Shown piece after piece: positions 21,527-32,531 of a stretch of DNA of 64,000 nt. Position 1 is the stretch's first letter; each line of letters starts with the position of its first letter. The notes beneath the pieces are model-generated. The model saw only the letters and a program-made list of their open reading frames with translations. It made no database searches and was not told the origin of the DNA. A program made the position numbers and the translations under genes. The stretch is from an uncultured bacterium. Its GTDB lineage: Bacteria; Oederibacteriota; PGYV01; CAWJRG01. Where the stretch lies: positions 192,001 through 256,000 of the forward strand of contig CAWJRG010000005.1 of the NCBI GenBank assembly GCA_963845185.1, read 5' to 3'.

Positions 21527-23881
21527 ATGAAAAATAAATTTTTATTTCTTATAATTCCCTTTTTATTACTGAGCATAAATTCATTTTCAAGCGTGACATC
21601 CCTTAATGTCCAGCCCGTCGGTAATAATGGCTCCTACCTTGAGGCTCAATCCAATAACAATCCCGTGCTCCATATAGGCATCAATACAGATCCGTCAGGT
21701 GGTACCCTTACATCAATATCTGTACAAAACACTTTAAATAGTTGGGGTTACGGATCTGCTGTTTCGCCGACATCCATAAGCATGGTAAAACTATGGTATG
21801 CTCCTGTTGATTCTGCAAATTTTAATTCAGCTGCCGCGCAATATGTAACATTCCTTTCCGGTATATATGATTCTTCGACTAATACCTATGATCTCTTTTT
21901 CGACAATACTTTCACTTTGCCTGTAGCCAGCGGCTCGGCTATCTGGGTTACTGCGGATATCCCTGCGTCGCCTGTATTCAGCACAATGCAGATGCAGACA
22001 AACGGCCTGACATTCACTGCCTCATCTGTTAGTTCGTCAAATGAACCTTCAACACCCCCTGTTTTATTTCTTACGCAGAACATTCCCGCAACAAATCTTT
22101 ATGTGTCAAGCACCAGCGGCAATATGCAGCCATATGTTTCCACCGGCCAGAACAACATAATAGCCATGGCCCTGCACTTGTACAATAATTCCGGCACGGC
22201 ATCATCGCCTATTATTTTAGGCGCTCTGACGATAACTGCCCAGACACCGCAGGGTGTCACTATTATTCCTTCATCCATCCTGAGCGATATCAAGATTCAG
22301 GACAATGACCTCGGCACAATATACGGCGAGCTTAACGGCTCATACCTTCCTTCAACAGCCGGGCCAATGCAGATTAGCTTAAACGGTATGGAGATTCCGG
22401 CTAATACTACTATAACCGCAAATGTGGTAATCACAATGTCCGGCGTAACCACTGCAGCAGGTACGAATTTTTCCATGTCGATTAATGATTCAAGCTATTT
22501 TTATGGTTATGACCAATACACATATAATATCGTTGGCGTTTCCTTAATTCCTTCCCCTATTCTTTCAACGTCCGCCACAATACAAAAAGAAGCCCAAATG
22601 GTATACGCTGCCTGTGATAGTGTAATCCCCGCGACTATAAACAAAGGCCAGACAGGTATAGGCCTTATTAAAATATGTTTAAGTAACCCCGGTGATTCTC
22701 TCACATCCTCTGTACAGATTTACAATTTAAAACTTTACATCGAAGACAGTAATAATAACCCTGTTGTTCCTGGCTCATTATTTTCAAAAATATCCGTAAC
22801 CGACGCTGCAGGGGGCACTGTGTACGGTTTTAAAACATCGGCAGCCATCGAGCAAACAGGCAATATAATAAATATGCCTTTACCCGGCATGGTAATTGTG
22901 CCCGCGGCTTCGTCTGTAACAATAGCTGTAAGCGCAGACATATTGACATTCACGGCAATAAATAATTTTAAAATAGGCATTCAGGGAAATAATGATATCT
23001 CCGCCAGGGATAATAATTTCCTGTCTTACCCTGTGGCTGTATCTTTAACCCCCTCGCCTTTTTATTCGTCGCTTGCGATTATTTCAAGCTCTTTTACTGT
23101 ATCACACACCGCCTATATGCCTAAAAATTTGTATTCAGCCGAAACCAGCGTGCATGCGCTTGATTTTTTCCTTTCGCCGCCGCTTATTTACGGCACCGGC
23201 AACGGGAATATTCTTGTAAGCTCTATGACATTAACCGCCCTTGATTCGTCAGGCAATCCAAAAAACGCGTCTGATTATATTTCACGTATAGAGATGCATT
23301 CCGCATCACAGACGTTTAATGTATTATCAATCCCCGCATCACCCTACATATATGTGGCTTTTCCATCGCCCGTAACAATATTATCATCGGGTTACACCCT
23401 GTCTTATTATATTGATATCAATAACGGTACTGCCGCTTCTAATTTGCAGCTTTCCCTTGTATCCGCTTCGGATATAGCAGCATACCAGGATAATGAACCT
23501 TCGAGGCAAATTGTTATAGCTGCTGCCGCAGGCGATTCTTTTTCGATGTCATCCGGTGTCGGCTATATAGAGGGCAATACTTCCTCACTTTCTTTCGCGA
23601 ATTACCCCAACCCTTTCAGGTCCGGCTCCCTGACGCATTTTACATATTACATATCCAATGACACGAAAGTCACATTGAAAATTTTTGATATAGCCGGAAA
23701 TTTTATAGCTACAATCCTTGATAATTCATTAAAATCCGCCGGCTCGCGCAATGAAGACACCTGGGACGGCAGGGATGGAAAAGGCCACGAGGTTCTGGCT
23801 GGAACTTATATCGCGCAAATACAGGTCAATATTAACGGCAAAAAAAATACGTCATTAAGAAAAATTACTTTAATAAAGTGA
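21527..23881 (+). CDS. Secreted beta-rich protein with C-terminal FlgD-Ig/T9SS-CTD-like domain
   Basis: Signal peptide MKNKFLFLIIPFLLLSINSFS; C-terminal ANYPNPF...KIFDIAG...WDGRDGKG...GTY. Confidence 0.8.
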   Translation: MKNKFLFLIIPFLLLSINSFSSVTSLNVQPVGNNGSYLEAQSNNNPVLHIGINTDPSGGTLTSISVQNTLNSWGYGSAVSPTSISMVKLWYAPVDSANFNSAAAQYVTFLSGIYDSSTNTYDLFFDNTFTLPVASGSAIWVTADIPASPVFSTMQMQTNGLTFTASSVSSSNEPSTPPVLFLTQNIPATNLYVSSTSGNMQPYVSTGQNNIIAMALHLYNNSGTASSPIILGALTITAQTPQGVTIIPSSILSDIKIQDNDLGTIYGELNGSYLPSTAGPMQISLNGMEIPANTTITANVVITMSGVTTAAGTNFSMSINDSSYFYGYDQYTYNIVGVSLIPSPILSTSATIQKEAQMVYAACDSVIPATINKGQTGIGLIKICLSNPGDSLTSSVQIYNLKLYIEDSNNNPVVPGSLFSKISVTDAAGGTVYGFKTSAAIEQTGNIINMPLPGMVIVPAASSVTIAVSADILTFTAINNFKIGIQGNNDISARDNNFLSYPVAVSLTPSPFYSSLAIISSSFTVSHTAYMPKNLYSAETSVHALDFFLSPPLIYGTGNGNILVSSMTLTALDSSGNPKNASDYISRIEMHSASQTFNVLSIPASPYIYVAFPSPVTILSSGYTLSYYIDINNGTAASNLQLSLVSASDIAAYQDNEPSRQIVIAAAAGDSFSMSSGVGYIEGNTSSLSFANYPNPFRSGSLTHFTYYISNDTKVTLKIFDIAGNFIATILDNSLKSAGSRNEDTWDGRDGKGHEVLAGTYIAQIQVNINGKKNTSLRKITLIK

Positions 23882-23889
23882 GATGAAAA

Positions 23890-25602
23890 ATGGCTGATAT
23901 TCTTTTTAAAGGAACAAAAGTAAAAGCACTGTTTTTTATATTACTTATACTTATCCCTTTGGCAGGCGTGCGTGCAAATAATCTTTCATTTTTAAATGAT
24001 ATAAATATTCGTAATTCCGGCGCGTCCGGCTCGCTCGCGCCATTTTCATCCGATGCTTCTTGTGCTTTTGTAAACCCTGCATGCCTTGCTTTTACTCAGG
24101 AGCAGGAAATACGCCTGCTTTATTATAACCTGTTTGCAGGCAGTTCGATAAGTTCCGTATCTTATGCATATCCCTTACTTAACGCAGGGTCCGTTTCCAT
24201 ATCGGGCGTATTCCAGAATACCCCTTCCATTGAGGAAAGAAACGCCTTTAATGAAATAACAGGCAGTTTTTCAGATTCTTATAAGGCCGTTTATTTGTCT
24301 TATGGTATCTCGCTTAATTCTTTTTTAAGCGCCGGTGCGAATATTAAATATATAAACCACGATTTTTATAATTCGGGTTACTCTGCGGGCGGTGTTGATG
24401 CCGGGCTTGTTTTATCCTTGCCCTATAATTTAATGCTGTCTGCGCTTTCTGAAAATATCGTAAAACCCGAATTTCAGTATTCCTCTACAAGCGGTGATTC
24501 GCTGCCCTTATATTTTGATTTCACTCTGGGCGACTCGTTCTCTTTTTTCAGCAGCCTTAATGATTCTTTAAAAGTCGGCATAGGCGTTGTAAAGGAGGAA
24601 TGGCAGGACATTTATTTCCATTACGGCGCGGAATATTCTATATATAATATTTTCTTCCTGAGGGCCGGGATTTCTTTAAACAGCTTTTCTTTTGGCGCCT
24701 GCCTGAATCTTAACGGCGCCGGAATTGATTACGCTTATGTGTCAACTGCCCTCGATTTTGTGCACAGGTTTTCAATCTCCTATTCTTTCGGAGAAAACAT
24801 CAGGGCAATGGAAGCCGGCCTCAGGACAAAAGAGGAAAAACTAAAATATGAAATGATACAGGAAATCAAACAGAAAAATATAGATGACTTTATGAAACAG
24901 GCCGATGACAGTATTAAAACCGGCGACTTCGATTCTGCTAAAGCAACGGTTGAAAAAGCCCTTGTTTGGGACCCCAACAACTCCTGGTTTAAGGATAAGC
25001 TCAATGAAATAAATAACCTTGACAAAGAACGGGATATAAAAAGCCTTTCTGACGAAGCCGATGCGCTCATGAATGATAAATTATATATTGACGCCATGGT
25101 AAAGTTGAAAAGCCTTTTTGACCTCGACCCGAATAATACATCCGCTAAGGAAAAATACGACTACGCGGAAACGGTTGTCACAAAACTAGGCGAAGAAAAC
25201 CTTACTGTTGAAGAAAAAAACAAACAGGAAATAAAAACACATTTCGACAGCGGTATATCTTATTATGCGTCGGGAAGTTACGAAAAGGCCGTAGAAGAAT
25301 GGGACAAGGTAATTGACGCCTCTCCTATGCAAAGGCAGGTTTACAACTTCATCAAAACCGCCGAGGAAAAAGTTCGGAAAAAAGAAGAAGTAAAACAAAC
25401 CGCCGAGCAGGAAAAAGCGCAAAAAATAAACATGCTCTACAATAAAGCCGTGCTCTTATATACGCAGGGCAATTTTGAGGAATCAATAAATACATGGAAG
25501 GAACTGCTTACACTTGACCCTGAAAACAAGGAAGCAAAGGAATACCTTGAAAAGATTAAGGAAGAATATATCAAAGTACAGAAACAAAACCTTCAGTGGT
25601 AG
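23890..25602 (+). CDS. PorV/PorQ-like (UPF0164-type) outer-membrane barrel fused to C-terminal TPR repeats
   Basis: SSDASCAFVNPACLAF matches the family dasa..NPA.La motif; amphipathic strands to HRFSISYSF; helical TPRs (WDPNN, LDPNN, LDPEN). Confidence 0.7.
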   Translation: MADILFKGTKVKALFFILLILIPLAGVRANNLSFLNDINIRNSGASGSLAPFSSDASCAFVNPACLAFTQEQEIRLLYYNLFAGSSISSVSYAYPLLNAGSVSISGVFQNTPSIEERNAFNEITGSFSDSYKAVYLSYGISLNSFLSAGANIKYINHDFYNSGYSAGGVDAGLVLSLPYNLMLSALSENIVKPEFQYSSTSGDSLPLYFDFTLGDSFSFFSSLNDSLKVGIGVVKEEWQDIYFHYGAEYSIYNIFFLRAGISLNSFSFGACLNLNGAGIDYAYVSTALDFVHRFSISYSFGENIRAMEAGLRTKEEKLKYEMIQEIKQKNIDDFMKQADDSIKTGDFDSAKATVEKALVWDPNNSWFKDKLNEINNLDKERDIKSLSDEADALMNDKLYIDAMVKLKSLFDLDPNNTSAKEKYDYAETVVTKLGEENLTVEEKNKQEIKTHFDSGISYYASGSYEKAVEEWDKVIDASPMQRQVYNFIKTAEEKVRKKEEVKQTAEQEKAQKINMLYNKAVLLYTQGNFEESINTWKELLTLDPENKEAKEYLEKIKEEYIKVQKQNLQW

Positions 25603-25656
25603 CCACTAAATCTTAACCTGCATTTTATTGAATCACAGCTTACCCTTAAAATCCCG

Positions 25657-26037
25657 CTATCTTTCGAGTATTTCTTTAACCTGCTCAATAAGCTCATAAG
25701 GGTCAAACGGTTTTATTATATAATCATCTGCTCCGCATTTCAGGCCTTCTTCAGCGTCGCCTTTTTGCCCTTTGGCAGTCAGCATTACGACTTTTATATT
25801 TTTTAGTTTTTCGTCCATTTTTATTTTCTTGCAGGCTTCATAGCCGCTTATTCCGGGCATCATAATGTCGAGAAGTATCAAATCCGGCCTGATATTATCT
25901 TTCTGGAGTTTATCCAGGCATTCCTCTCCGCTTAAAGCCTCTATTACTTCATAATTAGCAAGTTCCAGAGCTATTTTAACCACTTTTACTATATTTTCCT
26001 CGTCGTCAACTATCATTACTTTTATTTTTTCCGCCAT
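25657..26037 (-). CDS. Single-domain response regulator (receiver only)
   Basis: IVDDE, LLDIMMP, LTA, ADDYIIKPF. Confidence 0.93.
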   Translation of the reverse strand: MAEKIKVMIVDDEENIVKVVKIALELANYEVIEALSGEECLDKLQKDNIRPDLILLDIMMPGISGYEACKKIKMDEKLKNIKVVMLTAKGQKGDAEEGLKCGADDYIIKPFDPYELIEQVKEILER

Positions 26038-26053
26038 CTTTTATTGCCTCCCG

Positions 26054-26455
26054 TTATTTTGATATCCATTTTATATAAACACCCGTCGCTACGACAAGCA
26101 GTAAAGAAGCGAGTAAAAAGCAGGAAAAGGAAAATAATTTCATATTCATCATGCTTGCCTTGGTAATGTTAATCGCAGCCTTAACTGCTGTTAATTTATC
26201 CGCGTTCATCAGGATTTCCTGCGAGGATAATGATGATATTTTTTTGTCCAGCGAAGGCATAAGAACAGCGCTGGCGTAAAAATGTGCCGCAAGGGAAACA
26301 AACATGAAAACAGCTGCAACTATAGGCAAAATCCATATTTTTTTCTTTTCATTTATAATTCTGGTAAGCTTAAACAAAACAAGCCCCACCAACGACAGCG
26401 CTATGATTATGACAAGAATCCCTGCTTCATAAAGCAAAAAAGTGTAATCCATCAT
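26054..26455 (-). CDS. Hypothetical membrane protein (about 3 TM helices)
   Basis: Three hydrophobic segments; ATGA overlap with upstream gene. Confidence 0.7.
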   Translation of the reverse strand: MMDYTFLLYEAGILVIIIALSLVGLVLFKLTRIINEKKKIWILPIVAAVFMFVSLAAHFYASAVLMPSLDKKISSLSSQEILMNADKLTAVKAAINITKASMMNMKLFSFSCFLLASLLLVVATGVYIKWISK

Positions 26456-26793
26456 TCTTTTCCCTTGTATTTCATAAGTTTAGTAAGCAAACTGTTGAAT
26501 TTATAAATCCCAAACAGGCATAAAACCGCGGATATTATGAGCAATATATAGGCAGTTATCTGTATTACATCGCTTGCCTGCGTGCTTTTTATGGTTGCCT
26601 TTATTATAAGCAATACGGAATAAAGCAGAATCCCGGAAGGTGCCGTCATCAAAAGGCCGTGGAAAGTCGGCTTGTTAAATACCACATTATACCTTTTCGC
26701 AATAAATCCGAATATTAAGAAGCCTACCCAGAATAAAATACCGCCCAGAACTCCGGCCGTGTAAATATAAGCCTGCATTACCTGCTCATTCAT
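26452..26793 (-). CDS. Hypothetical membrane protein (about 3 TM helices)
   Basis: Three hydrophobic segments; SD upstream; operonic spacing. Confidence 0.7.
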   Translation of the reverse strand: MNEQVMQAYIYTAGVLGGILFWVGFLIFGFIAKRYNVVFNKPTFHGLLMTAPSGILLYSVLLIIKATIKSTQASDVIQITAYILLIISAVLCLFGIYKFNSLLTKLMKYKGKE

Positions 26794-26820
26794 AGCTTTT
26801 ATTCTCCTTGTAAGATGAAT

Positions 26821-27588
26821 TTACTTTGTATTTGCCCATATTTCTTCTATTATTAGCTTTGCTTTTTCCTTGCCTATAATTTCTTCAAAAGATTTTTCGA
26901 TATTATTTAAAAGCCCTAAAAAATCTTTCATCCCCATCTTTGTCCTGTCTATATTCAGTTTTGTCATTTCAGTGTCCACTATTGCCGCGCCCAGGTTGCC
27001 CATGCGGCTTTTTGCTATTTTCGTTATCTCCGGCACTTTAAAACGGGTCCTTCTCAGCAATCCGGCTGATATCAAGCCGTAAATTATTGTTTCTGCTTTT
27101 GATTTTTCCATTTTTAAATTTTTTATTACAGTTGCGATGCTGTTGTCACCGTTAAAATTTATCAAAAAATTCCATTCTTCGTTTAGAAATGTTATTGTGA
27201 GTTTTTTATTTTCAGGCAGCCTTGATATTTTTAAAATTTCATTTTCCGGCAGCAGGTAATCCTTGATGTCAATCTGATTTTTTTCGCGGATAACCCTCGC
27301 GCTTTCAAGAATAATATCCTCCACGCAAAACCCGAGGCTTTTTTTTACCGGTACGCTTTTTTCCTGAAAATAAAAAGAACCCTCGTCTATAACCGTCAGA
27401 AGATTTATTGCCGCTTTTCTTTTATCCGAGTCAATATTGGTATTTGCATCGACAATTTCGCCGTCTAATATTGCTATATCCCCTCTTATTTCAGTCCCCT
27501 CCACTTTTAATATACCGGTCTTTTTATAATTGCATAACAGCCTTAGCATGCCTGCAACACTTATATTGCTTATAGTTGCCTTCACCAT
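26821..27588 (-). CDS. DUF4388 (PatA-N-like) domain protein
   Basis: ATISNISVAGMLRLLCNYKKTGILKV...GDIAILDGEIVDA...EGSFYF...ILESARV, followed by a winged-helix-like segment. Confidence 0.72.
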   Translation of the reverse strand: MVKATISNISVAGMLRLLCNYKKTGILKVEGTEIRGDIAILDGEIVDANTNIDSDKRKAAINLLTVIDEGSFYFQEKSVPVKKSLGFCVEDIILESARVIREKNQIDIKDYLLPENEILKISRLPENKKLTITFLNEEWNFLINFNGDNSIATVIKNLKMEKSKAETIIYGLISAGLLRRTRFKVPEITKIAKSRMGNLGAAIVDTEMTKLNIDRTKMGMKDFLGLLNNIEKSFEEIIGKEKAKLIIEEIWANTK

Positions 27589-27633
27589 TACCTCCGAAAT
27601 TATTACTAATTTGTCTTTTTAAATGTATATACT

Positions 27634-27715
27634 AGATTAACATTTAATATCGGGTTTGTCAAAGGCTAATGGCAATCTGAAGAATGTTGACATTATTTTC
27701 AATACAAACTATAAT
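27634..27715. promoter_or_regulatory. Divergent sigma70-type promoters
   Basis: Plus strand TTGACA 27687-27692, N17, TATAAT 27710-27715; minus strand TTGACA 27662-27657, N17, TAATCT 27639-27634. Confidence 0.75.
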
Positions 27716-27750
27716 TGTTTTGCCTAACTGAAAACAAGTAAGAATAAAAA

Positions 27751-29622
27751 ATGACGGAAACCTGGCAGGAGGCTGGCATGCAGTGGTTCCCGGTTTTAGT
27801 TATTATACACTATACTGTATTTTTGAGTGAAATTTTCCTAATCATTTCAATATTATATTTAAACCGAGCAAGTGTTCTTAATCGCGTTGCAGTATTCCTG
27901 ATCGCCTGTTTTGCTTTATGGTCTTTAGGTGAGGTATTTTTATCCAATCCAAACACTCCTCAGAAAGTAGCCGAATGGGTTAGCAAAATTTATTCAATAG
28001 GATGGCTGTTTTTTTCTTCCTTTTCAATACTTTTTGCTCTGCTATTTATTGGCAAAACTGCAATATTAAATTCAAAAATATTTTCTATAGTAATACTTTT
28101 TTTTCCAATCTTTTTTTATGTGGTATTCTGGACTGGTAATTTGCAATATCCGCTTGAAAAAAACTCATTTGGCTGGGCAGTAAAGTGGAAATATAATATT
28201 TTTACATTTTCTTTTTATTTTTACTATATATTATCTATCATAACATGCATTTGGCTTTATCTGGATAACGCAATAAAATCTGCTAATCCCATCAGAAAAA
28301 GGCTTTCTTTTATAATGGTCTTTACAATGTCTGCCTCCCTTTTATGTGGAACATATATGCAGATAATCCTTTCAAAAACAGATAATTTTTCACTAATGAT
28401 TGCTTCTATCACCGACATTTCTGTAGTTTTCTGGATATTTGGGCTTTTCTACTCGATATCAAGGTACCGTTTTATGTCGCTGACTCCCGCAACTACAACT
28501 GAAAATATAATCGATAATATGAGTGAAGCACTTATTATACTTGATGAGTTTTTTGTCGTTACTTTTTTCAACAATGCTGCGCTTAAGTTGCTGGGATGCG
28601 TTGAAAACGACCTTAAAAACAAACCGTTTGTAGCGCTTTTTGCCGATTCCAGCATTTCAAATTATTGGCTAAAAACAAACATCACGAAACACGTGCTAAA
28701 AGGCTACGAAACATTCTTGTCAAAAAAAGATGACAGTAAAATACCTGTCCTGCTTTCTTCCTCAGTTATATTCGAACAAGACGATATAGTTGGTGTAATC
28801 TGCATAGTGAGCGATATGACCCTGCAGAAACAAGCCGAAAAAGAATTAAAAAAAAGTTTTGACAGGCTGATTGAGCTGGACAGGATGAAAGAAAGTTTCC
28901 TGTCAATGGTTTCCCATGAATTAAGGACGCCTTTGACGTCAATCAAAGGTTTTCTTTCGTTCTTGCTCAGCGGCGTCGCCGGACAGATTACGCCCAGGCA
29001 AAAAGAATTTTTGGAAATAATGGACAGTAATTCCGACAGATTGTTGACAATGACAGGAAAACTTCTTGATGTTTCAAAAATGACTTCCGGAAGTTTTTCC
29101 ATTCAAAAAGCAGATTACGATATCATCAAGGTAATGGAATCAAGCGTAAAAGACATATCTTCGATTATCGAAAAGAAAAAGATTACCTTACTTACAGAAA
29201 CGCCCATTAAAAACCCGACCATGAAAATTGACGAATACCGGATTTCCCAGGCAATAATAAATCTTTTAAACAACGCCATTAAGTTTTCCAGTGAAGGAAC
29301 GAAAATAGTAATCCGGATGGACGAATATTCAGAGGAAAAAATCAAACTTCCTGCCGAGACAAAAGCTTGTTTGCCGGCCGGCAGGAAATATGTGGTTATA
29401 TCCGTAGCTGACGAAGGTGTAGGCTTAACGCCGGAGCAAAAGCAAAAAGTTTTCGGAAGGTTTTACCAGGCAGAAGATATAAACATAAGATCCACTCAGG
29501 GATCCGGCCTGGGACTTTATATAACAAAAAATATCGTGGAACTTCATGAAGGATTTATATGGGTTGAATCAGAAGGGGTTAAAAAAGGCACAACTTTTTA
29601 TATCCTGTTACCTGTGGCGTGA
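27751..29622 (+). CDS. Sensor histidine kinase (7TM N-terminus, PAS, HisKA, HATPase)
   Basis: About 7 TM helices; VSHELRTPLTSI; NLLNNAIKF; ADEGVG; GSGLGL. Confidence 0.95.
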   Translation: MTETWQEAGMQWFPVLVIIHYTVFLSEIFLIISILYLNRASVLNRVAVFLIACFALWSLGEVFLSNPNTPQKVAEWVSKIYSIGWLFFSSFSILFALLFIGKTAILNSKIFSIVILFFPIFFYVVFWTGNLQYPLEKNSFGWAVKWKYNIFTFSFYFYYILSIITCIWLYLDNAIKSANPIRKRLSFIMVFTMSASLLCGTYMQIILSKTDNFSLMIASITDISVVFWIFGLFYSISRYRFMSLTPATTTENIIDNMSEALIILDEFFVVTFFNNAALKLLGCVENDLKNKPFVALFADSSISNYWLKTNITKHVLKGYETFLSKKDDSKIPVLLSSSVIFEQDDIVGVICIVSDMTLQKQAEKELKKSFDRLIELDRMKESFLSMVSHELRTPLTSIKGFLSFLLSGVAGQITPRQKEFLEIMDSNSDRLLTMTGKLLDVSKMTSGSFSIQKADYDIIKVMESSVKDISSIIEKKKITLLTETPIKNPTMKIDEYRISQAIINLLNNAIKFSSEGTKIVIRMDEYSEEKIKLPAETKACLPAGRKYVVISVADEGVGLTPEQKQKVFGRFYQAEDINIRSTQGSGLGLYITKNIVELHEGFIWVESEGVKKGTTFYILLPVA

Positions 29623-29797
29623 ATAATTTTTTTTATTGTTTCAGCTATGCATTATTGTTTCCAGTAATCAAATATTAGTATTCCCGTCAACAGACCTTAT
29701 GAATTTTCATTTCGGATAAATTTATGTTTCTTAATCTTAATCTGCTGGCAATCTCCCGGTAATTAACCAATTCGAATTCGAAAGATTTTCTGTAATA

Positions 29798-30824
29798 TTA
29801 ATTGCTTTTATGCTGGTTTAGCATTTTTATGGCTTCCTGCGCTTTACTGTATCCAAGTTTGACAGCCATATTCAAATCCTCCAGGGCTCCGCTTTTATAG
29901 CCGAGCATTGCTTTTATTATCCCTCGGTTATTATAAGCTTCTGCGTATTTTGGGTTTAATTCGATTGCTTTGCCGTAATCATTAATCGCATCGGCGTTGC
30001 GGCCAAGCCTGCCTTCGGCAATTGCCAGATTGCAGTAAGCCTCCGCGTATACCGGATTAAACTCAATAGCCTTGTTGAAATCATTAATCGCGCCCGAGAA
30101 ATCCCCGCGATTGCTTTTAGCTATTCCCCTGTTGCAGTATGCTTCGGAAAATTTCGGATTCAGTTTTATGGCCATATTATAATCCTCTATTTGCGCGTTA
30201 TAATTGCCCATATTGCCTTCGGCAACTCCCCTGTTGCAGTATGCTTGGGAAAATTTTGGTTCCAATTTTATGGCCTTGTTGTAATCCTCAATTTCTTCGG
30301 TAAATTTATCCATGCTACCTTCGGCAAAACCCCGGTTGTAATAAATTTTTGCATCTTTAGGATTAAACTCGATCGCTAAATTATAATCATCTATTGCGTC
30401 GGCATAATTGCCTATGCCGGAACTTGCTATCCCCCCGGTTGGAATAAGCCTCGCCATAATCCGGTTTCAATGCAATAGCCTTGTCATAATCCTTAATCGC
30501 ATCTGTATAATTACCAAGTCTTCTCTTGGTATTGCCGCGGCTATAATATGCCTCTGCAAATTCCGGGTTCAGCGCAATGGCTTTGCTGTAGTCCTTAATA
30601 GCATCTTTAATACGGCCAAGGTCGTTCTCGGCAGCCCCGCGCATATAATAGGCCTCGGCATATTGCGGGTTTAGTTCAATGGCCTGGTCGTAATCTTCTA
30701 TGGCATCGGCTTGACCGCCTAATTGGGCCTTTGAAATCCCGCTTTTCAAATATTCTTCCGCTGACGTCGGATAAAGATTAAAAACAATGCCTGTACATAA
30801 CACAAAAAAAATGAATTTTTTCAT
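29798..30824 (-). CDS. Secreted TPR-repeat protein, split by a +1 frameshift in C6 (30431-30436)
   Basis: Signal peptide; 34-aa repeats AIEDYDQAIELNPQYAEAYY; removing one base gives NRGIASSGIGNY. Confidence 0.85.
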
Positions 30825-30860
30825 TTGACCCTCATTTTTTAACTATCTGTATGAACCAAC

Positions 30861-31661
30861 CTACTGAATCTTCAGTAAAAACTTTATTGCCCTTTCATAT
30901 TCTTCAATATCAATATCAGTATTCCTGCATGGACCTTCTGGCCTGCTATTGGGTATGGCGATTATTGTTATGCCATGCGGCGAGTCTGTCATGCCTGAAA
31001 TAAGGTCACGCTCGCAGGCAACGCCTATTATCGCGTCAGGCATGAATTTTTTTACCGTTTGCCTTGCCGACGATCCGCCCGTGGCGGTAAATATTGTGCA
31101 ATTGTATTTACCGGCCAGTTCAAGAGTCTTTTCCCTTGTTTCTTTTTTAAGGCATCTCGGCAGCAGTACCAGGAGTTTTTCGCTTTTAAATTTTGCCTTT
31201 GTAGCATAAATAAGTGCGTTATTGACTTTAATAAATGAATTCCCTATTCTGTCTTTGGATATTTTGAATAAATTGGCTATCGTATACAGAAGCGGCATCA
31301 TACGTTCAACATGCAATCCACTTTTACCGAATAATATAATAAAATTCCTGCCCGTTTCCACCGTAATAACAAGAAGTATCGACCATAGATATAAAAATGC
31401 GAGCAAAATTATTACTGTCCATTTTAGTATTAAATCTGCATAAAAGTTCATGGCGTATATTCTGGGCGAGACAAGATAATACAAGAAAAATATAATTGCA
31501 GTTAAAACCAGTAAAGTCAAAGCGTAGAACCATATAAAAAGCCCTTTGCCCTCTTCTATCTGTTTTTCGTAGTTTGAAAGGTCTCCAACCCATCCTGCCC
31601 ATTCATCGCCAAGATTACGGTCGGTTGTAGGCAGGTTGTTTTTATCATTTTCCTCTTCCAT
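30861..31661 (-). CDS. DUF116 family membrane protein
   Basis: Two TM helices; LLPRCL, ATGGSSAR, AIIGVACERDL, GPCRNT motifs. Confidence 0.75.
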   Translation of the reverse strand: MEEENDKNNLPTTDRNLGDEWAGWVGDLSNYEKQIEEGKGLFIWFYALTLLVLTAIIFFLYYLVSPRIYAMNFYADLILKWTVIILLAFLYLWSILLVITVETGRNFIILFGKSGLHVERMMPLLYTIANLFKISKDRIGNSFIKVNNALIYATKAKFKSEKLLVLLPRCLKKETREKTLELAGKYNCTIFTATGGSSARQTVKKFMPDAIIGVACERDLISGMTDSPHGITIIAIPNSRPEGPCRNTDIDIEEYERAIKFLLKIQ

Positions 31662-31709
31662 TATTCACCTTGTTTTGTGTCCGGTTTATAAATGCGTACT
31701 CCTGCGGCT

Positions 31710-32502
31710 TCATTTAATCATTACCAGCTGCAACATTCTCCCGGTTATTTTACCATCCCTGCGAAAGGAAAAAAACAATTTTTTTGAGTCATATACGCAT
31801 ATCCTGTTTGCATATATATTTCTTCTTTTTAATCCTGCGCTTAAAAGCAGATTTATGTTTGCTTTCCAGAGGTCAAGATATATACGGTTTTTTTTGATTA
31901 TAAAAGCAGCCTTGAATGCCTTGTCCTTTGCCATTTTTCCATAAAGCTCTTTGCCTATTTCATAATGACACGGGCCTATTGCCGGCGATATGCAGGCAAT
32001 TATATCCTGTGGTTTCGTTATATATTTATTTTTTAGTTTGTTAACAACAAGCATAACAATTTTTTTATAAGTACCGCGCCATCCCGCATGCACGGCTGCT
32101 ACAACTTTTTTGACAGGGTCCACAAGGATTATTCCTGCGCAATCCGCGACTTTAACTCCCACTGCCAGTTTCCTTTCCTTTGTTATCAACGCGTCTGCTT
32201 TTGTTTTTATTATTTTTACTTTGTTTTTTTTTGTTACTTCAACTATTTTTTCTTCCGTGAACCTGCACCGGGGCGTAAAGCTCTTCTATATTCAGGGCTT
32301 TTTTAATCCGCTCAAGATTTTTTTTTATATTTTCAGAATTATCGTTTGTGTTGAATCCTGTATTTAAACTGCTGTAATTTCCCCTGCTCACGCCGCCCAA
32401 TCTGGTAGTCATCGCCTCCAGAAATATTTCCGTACCGTTGATTCTCTTATTTTGGAAAAAAACTAAATTATTTTTTTTATTTATCTTGTAATCTTTGTTC
32501 AT
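31710..32502 (-). CDS. pgeF: Peptidoglycan editing factor PgeF/YfiH, split by a +1 frameshift in T6 (32246-32251)
   Basis: TTRLGGVS, QVHG, ADC, AAVHAGWRG, PAIGPCHYE, FFSFRRD; removing one base gives HGRKIVEV...ADALIT. Confidence 0.88.
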
Positions 32503-32531
32503 TTTTCTTCTGCCTGTTTTCCACGTTTTTT

